Of a stretch of DNA of 64,000 nt, positions 1 to 9,820 are shown piece after piece. The notes below the pieces were generated by a model. The model worked only from the letters and a program-made list of their open reading frames with translations, ran no database searches and was not told the DNA's origin. Positions within the stretch are counted from its first letter, which is position 1. Every line of letters starts with the position of its first letter. The position numbers and the translations under genes are program-made. Source of the stretch: Actinomycetota bacterium (GTDB taxonomy: Bacteria > Actinomycetota > Actinomycetes > S36-B12 > UBA5976); contig VFKC01000042.1 of assembly GCA_009885745.1 (NCBI GenBank), positions 11,555 through 75,554 on the forward strand. Reading direction: 5' to 3'.

Positions 1-64
1 TAGATTGATTCTTCAAACTTAAAAGCATCTAGCCTTACTAATGTTGTCTTATGCTTAATCAATC

Positions 65-86
65 AATCCGTCTAATACGACGGATT
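65..86. other. perfect 8-bp inverted repeat AATCCGTC-N6-GACGGATT in the AT-rich region upstream of sir
   Basis: Read directly from the sequence. No T-run follows on the + strand, so it is not a clear terminator. Function unknown. Confidence 0.3.
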
Positions 87-223
87 CATGTTGATCTACT
101 GCGCATCAATGCGATTGAATTAAATTAAGTTCTCAGTTCATTCACGACCTTGCCATACCAGTAGCCATCACCATTTACATGGCTTCATAAAATCAAATCC
201 ACAGTAAGTAACAGAGGAAAAAC

Positions 224-1903
224 ATGACCGAGCAAAATAAGGCCAAACCAGTACCTGTCAAAAAGGCGCAAGGACAATGGGGTCTTGGGTATCGTGAACC
301 ACTTAACCCCAACGAGCGGATGAAAAAGGACGATGATGGTCTAAATGTTCGGGCCAGAATCGAAAATATATATGCAAAAGGTGGCTTTGACTCTATTCCA
401 GCTGATGACCTTCGCGGACGCATGCGTTGGTGGGGTCTGTACACGCAACGCAAACCAGGTATCGATGGCGGTCGCACGGCAACTCTTGAGCCACATGAGT
501 TGGATGACAAGTACTTTATGCTGCGTATTCGAAGCGACGGCGGTCGACTGACCCTAGAACAACTACGCACAATTGCTGACATCTCTGTGGAATTTGCGCG
601 CGACACAGCAGATATCTCGGACCGTCAAAATATCCAATTACATTGGGTTGCTATTGAGGATGTTCCAGAGATTTGGCGTCGCCTTGAAGCTGTTGGTCTT
701 TCTTCAGCTGAAGCTTGTGGCGATGTGCCTCGCGTAATTTTAGGATCTCCAGTAGCAGGCGTGGCAGCCGATGAATTAATTGACGGCACGCCTGCTATCG
801 AGGAAATCCTGAGCCGCTATCTCCTTGATCCAGCATTCTCAAACTTGCCTCGTAAGTTCAAGAGTGCTGTTAGTGGCTCCCCTCGCCTAGATGTGGTCCA
901 TGAAATTAATGATTTGTCTTTCGTTGGTGTAATACATCCTGAACATGGTGTTGGGTTTGATGTCTGGGTTGGTGGTGGATTATCGACAAATCCTCACCTG
1001 GCTGTTCGATTGAACGCGTGGGTACCACTTGAAGATGTGCCTGAAGTTTGGGCAGGCGTTGTTGGCATATTTCGCGATTACGGTTACCGACGCATGCGCA
1101 CTAAGGCTCGTTTGAAGTTCTTGGTGTCCGACTGGGGGTCAGAGAAATTCCGTCAGGTACTAGAAGATGAATATCTCAAGCGCAAATTGATTGATGGACC
1201 TGCACCTCCTGAGGTAGCCTCTGATGCCCGTGACCATGTTGGTATTTACCCACAACAGGATGGACAGGTCTACGTCGGGGCTGCACCAAAAGTAGGGCGC
1301 ATGTCCGGAACTCGACTGAATCAAGTAGCTGATCTTGCTGAATCCGCAGGAAGCGATCGCGTACACCTAACTGCGCATCAAAAGTTCGTGATTCTTAACG
1401 TCAACCCTGATAAGGCCGATGCGCTAGTTGACGGCTTACAAGGCATCAATCTGGCCGTTGGAAACGCTAGTCGTTTTAGGCGCGGAACTATGGCTTGCAC
1501 TGGAATTGAATATTGCAAGTTGGCGATGGTGGAAACTAAAGGTCGCGCTGGCGAACTTATTGAGAAGCTTGAAGCCAAATTGCCCGATTTCAATCTCCCA
1601 CTTGCAGTTCACGTCAATGGGTGTCCGAATTCATGTGCACGGATCCAAGTAGCCGACATTGGCCTAAAGGGTATCCGAGCACTGGATAAAGATGGGAATG
1701 ACGTAGAAGGGTTCCAAGTCCACCTCGGCGGTCGACTAGGTCAGGGCGCAGAATTTGGTCGCACCGTAAAGGGTCTTCGTTTAGAGGCTGACAAACTTCC
1801 TGAATACGTTGAAGGACTGGTTGAGAAATTCTTAGAAGCTCGCGCCGATGAAGAATCATTCAGCCAGTGGGCGATGCGCGCAGACGAGGCCCTATTCCAG
1901 TGA
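224..1903 (+). CDS. sir: ferredoxin-dependent sulfite reductase (siroheme/[4Fe-4S], NirA/SirA type)
   Basis: 559-aa ORF with a purine-rich SD (AGAGGAAAAAC) before the ATG. Cys cluster CTGIEYCKLA ... NGCPNSCAR is typical of the siroheme-FeS site. Followed by cysH. Confidence 0.9.
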   Translation: MTEQNKAKPVPVKKAQGQWGLGYREPLNPNERMKKDDDGLNVRARIENIYAKGGFDSIPADDLRGRMRWWGLYTQRKPGIDGGRTATLEPHELDDKYFMLRIRSDGGRLTLEQLRTIADISVEFARDTADISDRQNIQLHWVAIEDVPEIWRRLEAVGLSSAEACGDVPRVILGSPVAGVAADELIDGTPAIEEILSRYLLDPAFSNLPRKFKSAVSGSPRLDVVHEINDLSFVGVIHPEHGVGFDVWVGGGLSTNPHLAVRLNAWVPLEDVPEVWAGVVGIFRDYGYRRMRTKARLKFLVSDWGSEKFRQVLEDEYLKRKLIDGPAPPEVASDARDHVGIYPQQDGQVYVGAAPKVGRMSGTRLNQVADLAESAGSDRVHLTAHQKFVILNVNPDKADALVDGLQGINLAVGNASRFRRGTMACTGIEYCKLAMVETKGRAGELIEKLEAKLPDFNLPLAVHVNGCPNSCARIQVADIGLKGIRALDKDGNDVEGFQVHLGGRLGQGAEFGRTVKGLRLEADKLPEYVEGLVEKFLEARADEESFSQWAMRADEALFQ

Positions 1904-2625
1904 CTCCAAATTCCGACATTCCAGCAAACGCAAAGCGCTCTCAAGACCACCTTAAGGTTTTGGCGCGCTATGCCGCAGTGGATTTGTCGGGTGCAAGTGC
2001 TCAAGAAATAATCCGATGGGCAAGTGAGGTATTCGCCTCGCGAGTGGTACTGACGCAGTCGATGGCAAATACCGTGTTGGCACATTTGGTTAATGATGTT
2101 GCACCCAATATTGATGTAATTTTCTTGGATACTGGAGTTCATTTTCCAGCAACGCTTGAGACTCGTGATCGTTTGATTGCCACAACAAACCTGCCCATAA
2201 TCAATTTGACTCCCTCCATGAGCCTTGCTGAACAGGCAGAAAAGCACGGTGCGGAACTCTGGAAAACCAATCCAGACCTGTGCTGTGCAATTCGAAAAGT
2301 GGAGCCAATGGAACAGGCTTTAGAAAACTATGATGCTTGGATTTCTGGAATGCGTCATGCCGCTGCCAAACAACGCAAATCTCGCAAGGTAGTTGAATAC
2401 GACTCTGAGAGAAACGTAATTAAGATTGCCCCGCTTTTGCATTGGTCAGACGAGCAACTCCTGCGATACACACTTGAAAATGATGTAGTTGTGAACCCTC
2501 TCATGTATCAGGGGTATCCATCAATCGGTTGTGTGCCTTGCACTAGGCGCATAGAACCAGGTGAAGATGTGCGAGCAGGACGTTGGAGTGGTTTAGGCAA
2601 AACTGAGTGCGGCTTACACACATGA
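1867..2625 (+). CDS. cysH: adenylyl-sulfate (APS)/PAPS reductase, thioredoxin-dependent
   Basis: C-terminal KTECGLH motif. The CC (DLCCAIRK) plus CVPC pair is typical of the FeS-containing APS-reductase subtype. An in-frame GTG at 1900 forms a GTGA overlap with the sir stop and may be the true start. Confidence 0.9.
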   Translation: MGDARRRGPIPVTPNSDIPANAKRSQDHLKVLARYAAVDLSGASAQEIIRWASEVFASRVVLTQSMANTVLAHLVNDVAPNIDVIFLDTGVHFPATLETRDRLIATTNLPIINLTPSMSLAEQAEKHGAELWKTNPDLCCAIRKVEPMEQALENYDAWISGMRHAAAKQRKSRKVVEYDSERNVIKIAPLLHWSDEQLLRYTLENDVVVNPLMYQGYPSIGCVPCTRRIEPGEDVRAGRWSGLGKTECGLHT

Positions 2626-3824
2626 CATATCCATTGCACCTTCACCTTGTCGGAAAAAAAGTTGTAGTAATCGGGGCGGGGCGAGTTGCCACTCGTCGCG
2701 TCTTGGAATTGGTTAAAGCCAATGCCCTAGTCACCGTCATTGCACCAGAAATTGGCTCAGTTATTTCTGGACTAGCAGCGGAAAACAAGATCGATGTTAT
2801 TCAAAGGAATTACTTCGTCGGAGATCTCCTGGGATCGTGGCTCGTGCACATTGCTACTAACGACGCCCTGACCAACGAGCAAGTGGCCAAGGATGCCTCG
2901 GAGTTACACATTTGGGCGATTCAAGCAGACAATGCGCTTGAAACAGATGCATCCACACCTGCAGTTGGTGCAGTTGATGACATTGCAATATCTGTGACCT
3001 CAGGTGACCCCGGACGAAGTGCCGCGTATAAAAATCAAATCATTGAACAACTCTCGCAAGGACTTCTGCACGAGCGACCGCGTCGACTAAAGGAAAATGG
3101 CTCAGTTGTTTTAATTGGTGCCGGTCCTGGCGATCCAGGATTGATTACAATTCGTGGATACCGGGCCCTACTTGACGCTGATGTGGTTGTCTTTGATCGA
3201 CTCGCACCAGCAGTCCTGCTAGACAATCTGCATCCAGACATAGAACTAATTGATGCCAGCAAGAGTCCTGGCAACCATGTCTTGACCCAAAATGAAATAA
3301 ATGACGTGCTTGTTTCAAGGGCAAAAGAAGGTCTGCGCGTAGTTCGTCTTAAAGGTGGCGATCCATTTGTCTTTGGTAGAGGTTCGGAGGAAGTGAATGC
3401 CTGCGTTCAGGCTGATATCCAAGTGGAAGTCATCCCAGGAATTTCGAGTTCTATTGCCGCGCCTAGTGCAGCCGGAATACCAGTCACACATCGTGGGCTA
3501 AGCACCGGGTTCACAGTAATAAGTGGACATCAAATTGACGACTTAAAAGGTGTAGTCACCTCTGGTCTGACAACTGTGGTCTTGATGGGTGTTGCCACCT
3601 TGGCGAATTTAGTCACTGAATTTACCAAGCATGGCGCTTCTCAATCAACACCCATTGCCATAATCGAAAATGCTTACTTACCTGAGCAAAAAACACTCAC
3701 CTCAACATTGGGTGACGTGGTTCATGATGCTCATCTGGCTAAAGTCACTAATCCAGCAGTGATTGTTATTGGGGAAGTAGTCCATGCAATTTCGCCCGAA
3801 ATACTCAGTGAGGTAACAAAATGA
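2607..3824 (+). CDS. cysG: siroheme synthase: Met8/CysG-N-like precorrin-2 dehydrogenase domain fused to uroporphyrinogen-III C-methyltransferase
   Basis: N-terminal Rossmann VVVIGAGRVATRRV. C-terminal SUMT motifs VVLIGAGPGDPGLIT and RLKGGDPFVFGRG. The ATG at 2622 gives an ATGA overlap with the cysH stop and is an alternative start. Confidence 0.9.
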   Translation: MRLTHMTYPLHLHLVGKKVVVIGAGRVATRRVLELVKANALVTVIAPEIGSVISGLAAENKIDVIQRNYFVGDLLGSWLVHIATNDALTNEQVAKDASELHIWAIQADNALETDASTPAVGAVDDIAISVTSGDPGRSAAYKNQIIEQLSQGLLHERPRRLKENGSVVLIGAGPGDPGLITIRGYRALLDADVVVFDRLAPAVLLDNLHPDIELIDASKSPGNHVLTQNEINDVLVSRAKEGLRVVRLKGGDPFVFGRGSEEVNACVQADIQVEVIPGISSSIAAPSAAGIPVTHRGLSTGFTVISGHQIDDLKGVVTSGLTTVVLMGVATLANLVTEFTKHGASQSTPIAIIENAYLPEQKTLTSTLGDVVHDAHLAKVTNPAVIVIGEVVHAISPEILSEVTK

Positions 3825-4528
3825 TTCCTGTAATCTTGCTAGCCCATGGCAGTCCAGATCCTCGCTCCTCACAAGACACTCGGGATTTGGCGGCTAAGGT
3901 CGCACAGCATATTGATCAGCTAGTTGTCCCGGCCTTCTTGGACAATAATGAACCCACATTGCTACAAACTGTGAACGAGTTAGCTAGCCATGGATTTACT
4001 TCAGCGCTCGTTTTCCCAGCCTTTTTAAGTCACGCTTTTCACGTTCGAGTTGATATTCCAGAAGCGGTTCATGAGGCAGAGTTAGCAACTGGCATGAATC
4101 TTTCAGTTGCTGATCCCATTGGTCCTGACGAGCAATTGCTTGAGGCACTTAACGAACTTATTCCCAGCGGGCCTGCAGTTTTGGCAACAGCTGGTACTTC
4201 CAATGTCAATGCCCAATGGGATTTTGAGCAACTTGCTCGGGTGTGGTCCAAACAGCGCAGCGAGCCCGTCTTAGTCGCATACGCCTCTCAGGCTAAACCG
4301 GATGTTCCTACAGCTATTGCCGAACTTGAGTCTCTCACTGGAAAAGTTGTTTCGGTTGGATCATTTGTCCTATTCCAAGGTGTGTTACCCGATCGAATAA
4401 AGACAGCTTCAGGCAATCGAATCTGCACCACTCCGCTTTGCGATTCCGATGTCCTAGTAAATCTCATTTCACAACGATTAAAAAAGGCTTTAGCTCAAGA
4501 GCTTCATCACTCGAAGGACGATTCATGA
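3821..4528 (+). CDS. sirB: sirohydrochlorin ferrochelatase (CbiX/SirB family)
   Basis: N-terminus VILLAHGSPDPRS is typical of CbiX. ATGA coupling to cysG. Sits inside the siroheme context. Confidence 0.7.
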   Translation: MIPVILLAHGSPDPRSSQDTRDLAAKVAQHIDQLVVPAFLDNNEPTLLQTVNELASHGFTSALVFPAFLSHAFHVRVDIPEAVHEAELATGMNLSVADPIGPDEQLLEALNELIPSGPAVLATAGTSNVNAQWDFEQLARVWSKQRSEPVLVAYASQAKPDVPTAIAELESLTGKVVSVGSFVLFQGVLPDRIKTASGNRICTTPLCDSDVLVNLISQRLKKALAQELHHSKDDS

Positions 4529-5766
4529 TGCTGTGCTTGAGTATAGAATTTCGCGACATATCGCATTCGAGCCGTGCATTTATTTCAAAAAATGTAGATG
4601 TTCTGGAAAATGCTTTTAGCAAGTTGATAGAGGTACATGGCTTTGTACCTCTATCAACTTGTGCCAGAGTGGAGTTTTATTTAGATGCAACCGACTACGC
4701 AATTGTGCATCGGACACTGAAAAACACTTTGGAACATCTGGGCTCAAATAATGATTTTGATATTCAGAAGAACCTAATTGTGCATCATGGCGCTGAGGCA
4801 GTAGAACATTTATTTAGAGTGACGGCTGGGCTTGAATCTCAGGTAATTGGTGAAACTGAAATTCTCGGACAAGTGAGATCAGCATTAGCGATTGCAAGAA
4901 CCAGCGGGAGACTTACACGACCTCTAGAACTAGCCTTTAGCCGGGCGATACATGTATCACGGCAAGCGCGAGCCACATTCTCAATGGGACAAAGAAGTTT
5001 GATTGATTCTGCACTTTCAAAGTTAGATCTTTCTAATGTCCAGCATGCAATTTTGATTGGTACAGGAAATTATGCTCAAGTATGCTCCCAAAGTTTACGA
5101 AGCAATGGCATCACTCAGATTGCTGGATTTTCGCCAAGCGGTCGTCAAAATGCAGAGCTTGATGTTGACTACTACTTGAAGTTTGAGGATTTAGTATCTG
5201 AACTACAGAAGGCCGATCTTGTAGTGACCTGTAGCGGGAATGACTCTCCTGTGATCACAGCATCCCAAATATCCAAAGTTGTCGGGATGCGCCAGAGCGA
5301 GATAACAATTGTTGACCTCGCACTAAGCGCTGATGTCAGCAGAGATGTTGATGCACTTGAAGGCGTTAAAGTCTTGCGACTTGCCAACATAAATTCTTTA
5401 GAAGGTGACTTCTCACAAGCCCAACAAATAATTGCTAAAGGCATTTCTGAGGTAATGCCAAGGATTACGAATACTGAACTAGATGACTTGATTGTCACAC
5501 TCCGCATGCACATCACGAAAATCGTTGAACAGCAACTACAGAGCAGTATGGTCGATTCAGCTTTAACCCATAAGTTAGTCCAAGCGCTCTTGCACGGTCC
5601 CACAATGCGCGCCAGAAGTGCAGCTGCCGTTGGTCGCCTAGATGAAATTCGCACTGCATTCTCGTCATTGTTTGGCATTGAAATATCTAGCGACGCGGAG
5701 ATAATAGAAATGACATTCACCAATTTAGATTTGCGCAGTTTCGAAGAGTTGCTTTCGGTATCGTAA
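4525..5766 (+). CDS. hemA: glutamyl-tRNA reductase
   Basis: Catalytic-Cys motif LSTCARVEFY and GLESQVIGETEILGQV. The ATG at 4525 makes an ATGA overlap with the sirB stop. The longer ORF from 4438 would only re-read the sirB 3' end in another frame. Confidence 0.85.
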   Translation: MMLCLSIEFRDISHSSRAFISKNVDVLENAFSKLIEVHGFVPLSTCARVEFYLDATDYAIVHRTLKNTLEHLGSNNDFDIQKNLIVHHGAEAVEHLFRVTAGLESQVIGETEILGQVRSALAIARTSGRLTRPLELAFSRAIHVSRQARATFSMGQRSLIDSALSKLDLSNVQHAILIGTGNYAQVCSQSLRSNGITQIAGFSPSGRQNAELDVDYYLKFEDLVSELQKADLVVTCSGNDSPVITASQISKVVGMRQSEITIVDLALSADVSRDVDALEGVKVLRLANINSLEGDFSQAQQIIAKGISEVMPRITNTELDDLIVTLRMHITKIVEQQLQSSMVDSALTHKLVQALLHGPTMRARSAAAVGRLDEIRTAFSSLFGIEISSDAEIIEMTFTNLDLRSFEELLSVS

Positions 5767-6690
5767 ATGTCATCTGCAATTAAGTTAGGCACAAGGTCAA
5801 GCGCTCTAGCACTATCTCAATCAGGACATGTAGCGGCAAGTTTGCGCGAACTGGGACATGAAGTAGTAATTGTTCCGATGTTATCTCCTGGGGATTTGAA
5901 TACAATTCCTCTTTCCGGACTAGGTCAAGAGGGTATTTTTGTCTCATCAGTTCGCGAAGCACTCTTGAATAGTGAAATAGACATCGCCGTTCATTCGTTC
6001 AAAGATGTGCCTACCAATCCAGCACAAGGGATTTGGCTTGGCGCCGTGCCATTACGCGTTGACCCCAGAGATACTTTAGTTTCGAGATGGAAGTCCCTCT
6101 CTGATTTACCAATCGGTGCTCGAGTAGGTACTTGTTCAGTGCGTCGCGAGGCTTGGGTGTCTAGAAATCGCTCTGATCTCCAAGTGGTGGCTATTCGAGG
6201 AGACATTAACAAACGAATTGCTGCAATGCACAGCGGCGAATACGACGCCATAATCCTGGCAGCAGCTGGACTTCTCCGTAACGACTTAACCAGTGAAATT
6301 TCACAATTTATTGAAATTAGAGATTTAGTGCCTGCGCCTGCACAGGGCGCATTGGCTGTTGAGTGCCGAAATAGCGACGCGAAAATCAAACAATTTTTAA
6401 CTCAGATTAACCACTTTGAGTCATTGAATGCAGCGCTACTGGAACGCCGTATTTTTAGTCGAATCGACGAAAATGACAACACTGCTTTTGGCGTTCTTGC
6501 GGAATTTGCGACAGATTGGATCCGAGTCGTAGCGGACATTAGTAATCCCGACGGTAGTAATCGACTACTGCTTGAAGAAACTGAACACTTCGCAAACACA
6601 TCCGAAACTCAGGCCGCTATGCAAACACTCGAAGAGAAGATTGTCGCGCAACTTAAATCGCATCAGACTTCGCTGGGAAATGTTATCTAA
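5767..6690 (+). CDS. hemC: porphobilinogen deaminase (hydroxymethylbilane synthase)
   Basis: KLGTRSSALALSQ N-terminus and HSFKDVP motif. The ATG directly follows the hemA TAA. Confidence 0.9.
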   Translation: MSSAIKLGTRSSALALSQSGHVAASLRELGHEVVIVPMLSPGDLNTIPLSGLGQEGIFVSSVREALLNSEIDIAVHSFKDVPTNPAQGIWLGAVPLRVDPRDTLVSRWKSLSDLPIGARVGTCSVRREAWVSRNRSDLQVVAIRGDINKRIAAMHSGEYDAIILAAAGLLRNDLTSEISQFIEIRDLVPAPAQGALAVECRNSDAKIKQFLTQINHFESLNAALLERRIFSRIDENDNTAFGVLAEFATDWIRVVADISNPDGSNRLLLEETEHFANTSETQAAMQTLEEKIVAQLKSHQTSLGNVI

Positions 6691-7466
6691 TGTCTAAGGT
6701 GTTACTCGTGCGAGATATCAGCGCCATGGACTTGGATGCTCAAGCCCTGAAAGCACGCGGCTACGAAACTGTGATTGACCCATACATAGATGTGTCAACC
6801 TCGAGTGACGAACAAGTGCTTTCGAGAGTTGATGAGCTCTTGGGTGGTTTGAAATTGCCAAATTGTTGGTTCATATTGACTTCAGCGGCAGGCATTCGAG
6901 CGCTTCAAGAAATCTTGGGGTTCGGGCATTTGAGTGAAATTTTGCAGCAAGCACAAGTTGACGGAGTGCAATTTGCTGCGGTTGGACCAACCTCGGCAAA
7001 AGCAATTCAGGAACTAGGCGTAACGCAAGTCTTGTATCCCGAAGCAGCCCATACTGCCGCTGAACTCTTCGTCATTTTGGAAAGCAAATCTCCCGGCATT
7101 GCCGTTATCCCGCGTAGCTCGATTGGGAGCACCTATCTGCCTGAAAGCCTCAGCAATAAGGGCTGGTCTGTGTTACAAAGAACTGTTTATGAAACGACAA
7201 CGGTCATTGAAACACCATCGAGTGTAGAGTCACTAAAAGCGGGTCAATTTGCCGCAGTTGTTTTCCGCTCCCCCTCTGCAGCGCGCGCAGTCATCGGGCA
7301 CTGCGGCGCAGTACCACTCGAAACTGCTGTAATTGCCACTGGAACGACGACGGCTAAGGCTCTACTGGACCTCGGCTGCCATGTAACTGGAATATCGGTT
7401 GGCACTGCCGCTGCAGACATTGCTGATTGCATAGACAGCGCATTGGCTAAGACTGGTGCAAAGTAG
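6690..7466 (+). CDS. hemD: uroporphyrinogen-III synthase
   Basis: 258-aa HEM4-sized ORF between hemC and hemB, with a TAATG overlap with hemC. The call rests mainly on position and size. Confidence 0.7.
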   Translation: MSKVLLVRDISAMDLDAQALKARGYETVIDPYIDVSTSSDEQVLSRVDELLGGLKLPNCWFILTSAAGIRALQEILGFGHLSEILQQAQVDGVQFAAVGPTSAKAIQELGVTQVLYPEAAHTAAELFVILESKSPGIAVIPRSSIGSTYLPESLSNKGWSVLQRTVYETTTVIETPSSVESLKAGQFAAVVFRSPSAARAVIGHCGAVPLETAVIATGTTTAKALLDLGCHVTGISVGTAAADIADCIDSALAKTGAK

Positions 7467-8478
7467 TATGCCTAATGTGGATGACACTGAGTTCGAGCAT
7501 TTAACTCACAGGCCGAGGCGCTTGCGCAGAAGTGCCGGCATTCGTCGACTTGTCCAGGAAAACCGACTTTTTGCGGCAGATTTAGTTCTGCCAGTTTTTG
7601 TCCGAGAAGGCCTTAAGCAACCACAACCAATCTCGAGTATGCCGGGTGTTGTGCAACATTCATCGGAGTCTTTTGTAAATGTAGTTGAAGAAGCACTGGC
7701 TAATGGGGTCGGCGGGCTGATGATATTCGGTGTGCCGGTCGAGCGCGATGAAAATGGTGACTCGGCCTGTGATCCTCAGAATGTGCTTGCCCAATCTATT
7801 CGAACTGCAAAAGCAATTGTTGGTGAAAATCTGCCAATTATCGCCGACCTATGCCTTGATGAATTCACCACACATGGTCACTGTGGCGTCTTAGACACAC
7901 ATGGAAATGTTGACAATGATTTAACACTTACCATCTACCAAAAAATGGCAATCATGCTAGCGGAAGCTGGTGCTGACATTTTGGGGTTAAGCGGAATGAT
8001 GGATGGCCAAGTGGGTGCTGTTCGTCGGGCACTTGATGAAGTTGGTCACCGAGACGTCGCACTTTTGGCCTACACCGCAAAGTACGCTTCTGCTTTTTAC
8101 GGGCCATTTCGCGATGCCGTCGATTCCCAACTCAAGGGAGATCGCCTCACCTACCAACAAAATCCTGCGAACGTTATCGAGTCACTCAGGCAAGCACACC
8201 TTGATGCGGCACAAGGCGCAGACATTGTCATGGTTAAACCTGGGTTGCCGTACTTGGACGTTCTTCATCAAGTATCAAAATCCGTACCAGTACCCGTTGC
8301 TACCTACATTGTTTCCGGTGAATACTCCATGATTGAATTCGCGGCTCAGGCAGGAGCGATTGATCGAATCCCCGCAATATTTGAGGCTCTGACAAGCGCA
8401 AAGCGTGCAGGTGCCAACATCATTGTCTGCTACTGGGCCATGGAAATTGCCACAATTTTGTCAGCTGAAAAACGATGA
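7456..8478 (+). CDS. hemB: porphobilinogen synthase (ALA dehydratase)
   Basis: HRPRRLR motif, metal site DLCLDEFTTHGHCG and active-site Lys region MVKPGLPYLD. Start is either GTG 7456 or ATG 7468. Confidence 0.9.
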   Translation: MQSSMPNVDDTEFEHLTHRPRRLRRSAGIRRLVQENRLFAADLVLPVFVREGLKQPQPISSMPGVVQHSSESFVNVVEEALANGVGGLMIFGVPVERDENGDSACDPQNVLAQSIRTAKAIVGENLPIIADLCLDEFTTHGHCGVLDTHGNVDNDLTLTIYQKMAIMLAEAGADILGLSGMMDGQVGAVRRALDEVGHRDVALLAYTAKYASAFYGPFRDAVDSQLKGDRLTYQQNPANVIESLRQAHLDAAQGADIVMVKPGLPYLDVLHQVSKSVPVPVATYIVSGEYSMIEFAAQAGAIDRIPAIFEALTSAKRAGANIIVCYWAMEIATILSAEKR

Positions 8479-9785
8479 ATAACCTAAATTCAGAGGCATT
8501 CTTCAATCGTGCTCAAAAAGTGATTCCTGGCGGAGTTAGTTCACCAGTAAGAGCCTTCAAATCTGTTGGTGGGATTCCGCGCTACGTTGCAAAAGCAATT
8601 GGCTCAACAGTATCTGACGTTGATGGTAATAATTATGTTGATTTAGTAGGGGCATGGGGCCCGATGATTTTAGGTCATGCCCATCCTGCAGTTGTTGATG
8701 CGGTGAGAAGTGTTGCTGAAAAATCATTTTCATATGGCGCTCCTTGTGCCCCTGAAGTTGAACTTGCCGAAGAAATTGTGAAACGAGTAGGCCCGGTGGA
8801 ACGGGTACGTTTCACAAACTCAGGGACAGAAGCAGTCATGACTGCTATCCGTATCGCGAGGGCCAAAACCGGGAGAAACACAATTGTGAAGTTTGCTGGT
8901 TGCTACCACGGCCATGCAGACGCGATGTTGGTAGCCGCTGGATCTGGCGCAATCACTTTGAGCATGCCTGATTCACAGGGCATCCCGCAATCCGTAGCAG
9001 ATGACACTCTAGTAATTCCCTATGGCGATGTCAGTGCTTTGCAGGAAATTTTTTCAGCCAAAGGACATTTGATTGCAGCCGTAATTACTGAGGCTGCTCC
9101 GGCAAACATGGGAGTGGTTGTTCCACCTGCTGGGTTTAATGCTTTAATCTCACAATTGACCAAGACCTACGGCGCACTATTTATTCTTGACGAAGTCATG
9201 ACCGGATTTAGAGTGAGTGTCGCAGGCTGGTGGGGCCTTGATGGCAAAAATGAAAATTGGGCTGCTGATCTCTTCACTTTTGGCAAAGTGATTGGCGGAG
9301 GCATGCCACTGGCCGCGGTAGCCGGGAGTGCTGAATGTCTTGACTTACTGTCTCCCCTAGGTTCGGTTTATCAGGCTGGAACACTTAGCGGCAATCCGAT
9401 TGCAACGACTGCCGGCCTGACGACGTTACAACATTGCACGACAGAGACTTACGAGACGTTAAACAAGAATGCCCAAGAAGTGGGTTCAATAGTTAGCCGA
9501 TCCTTGTTTGCTGCTGGAGTTTCACACCAACTGCAGACTGCAGGCAATTTGTTCAGTGTCTTCTTTACCGAAAATCCAGTGCTGAATTTCGCCCAAGCCA
9601 AATTGCAAAACGCTAACGCATACGCAACTTTCTTTCACGAGATGCTTGCCGCAGGTGTTTGGTTGCCACCATCCGCTTTCGAATCTTGGTTCGTATCTTG
9701 CGCACTGACTCATGATGACTTTGAGATTATCGAGAAGGCTTCAAAGCAAGCAGCAAACGCTGTTGCAAGCACCCTTGCTGAATAA
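8475..9785 (+). CDS. hemL: glutamate-1-semialdehyde 2,1-aminomutase
   Basis: Class-III aminotransferase motifs, with the PLP lysine in FGKVIGGGMP. ATGA overlap with hemB. Confidence 0.9.
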   Translation: MNNLNSEAFFNRAQKVIPGGVSSPVRAFKSVGGIPRYVAKAIGSTVSDVDGNNYVDLVGAWGPMILGHAHPAVVDAVRSVAEKSFSYGAPCAPEVELAEEIVKRVGPVERVRFTNSGTEAVMTAIRIARAKTGRNTIVKFAGCYHGHADAMLVAAGSGAITLSMPDSQGIPQSVADDTLVIPYGDVSALQEIFSAKGHLIAAVITEAAPANMGVVVPPAGFNALISQLTKTYGALFILDEVMTGFRVSVAGWWGLDGKNENWAADLFTFGKVIGGGMPLAAVAGSAECLDLLSPLGSVYQAGTLSGNPIATTAGLTTLQHCTTETYETLNKNAQEVGSIVSRSLFAAGVSHQLQTAGNLFSVFFTENPVLNFAQAKLQNANAYATFFHEMLAAGVWLPPSAFESWFVSCALTHDDFEIIEKASKQAANAVASTLAE

Positions 9786-9820
9786 ATCATCCAAGAAATG
9801 ATAAGAACTTAAAGTTCAAC

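Noticed and set aside
1-223. Riboswitch (for example SAM-type) or T-box leader upstream of the sulfur-assimilation operon. The glyQS (33761-33853) and leuS (58480-58640) leaders were considered in the same way.
   Set aside because: The regions are AT-rich or short. They show none of the conserved cores I know (SAM-IV, T-box specifier or T-box sequence); only simple hairpins are present.
4438-4524. N-terminal extensions offered by the ORF track for hemA (4438), hemW (46590), dus (32414), leuS (58581), the GH16 gene (51963) and the giant gene (12120).
   Set aside because: Each extension mostly re-reads the 3' end of the upstream gene or spacer in another frame. Internal starts give ATGA/TGATG coupling, an SD or a proper signal peptide. 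The shorter starts are preferred, though unproven.
5172-5792. Long antisense ORFs opposite well-supported genes. Examples: 5172-5792(-) in hemA, 1741-2247(-), 13352-13834(-) and 17042-17569(-) in the giant gene, 31548-31976(+), 43903-44469(+) in dnaJ, 52956-53378(+), 54645-55085(+).
   Set aside because: Each lies entirely within a gene whose product has clear family motifs. Their translations are low-complexity (Ser/Arg/Ala-rich) with no motif, SD or signal. This is typical of shadow ORFs in roughly 50 percent GC DNA.
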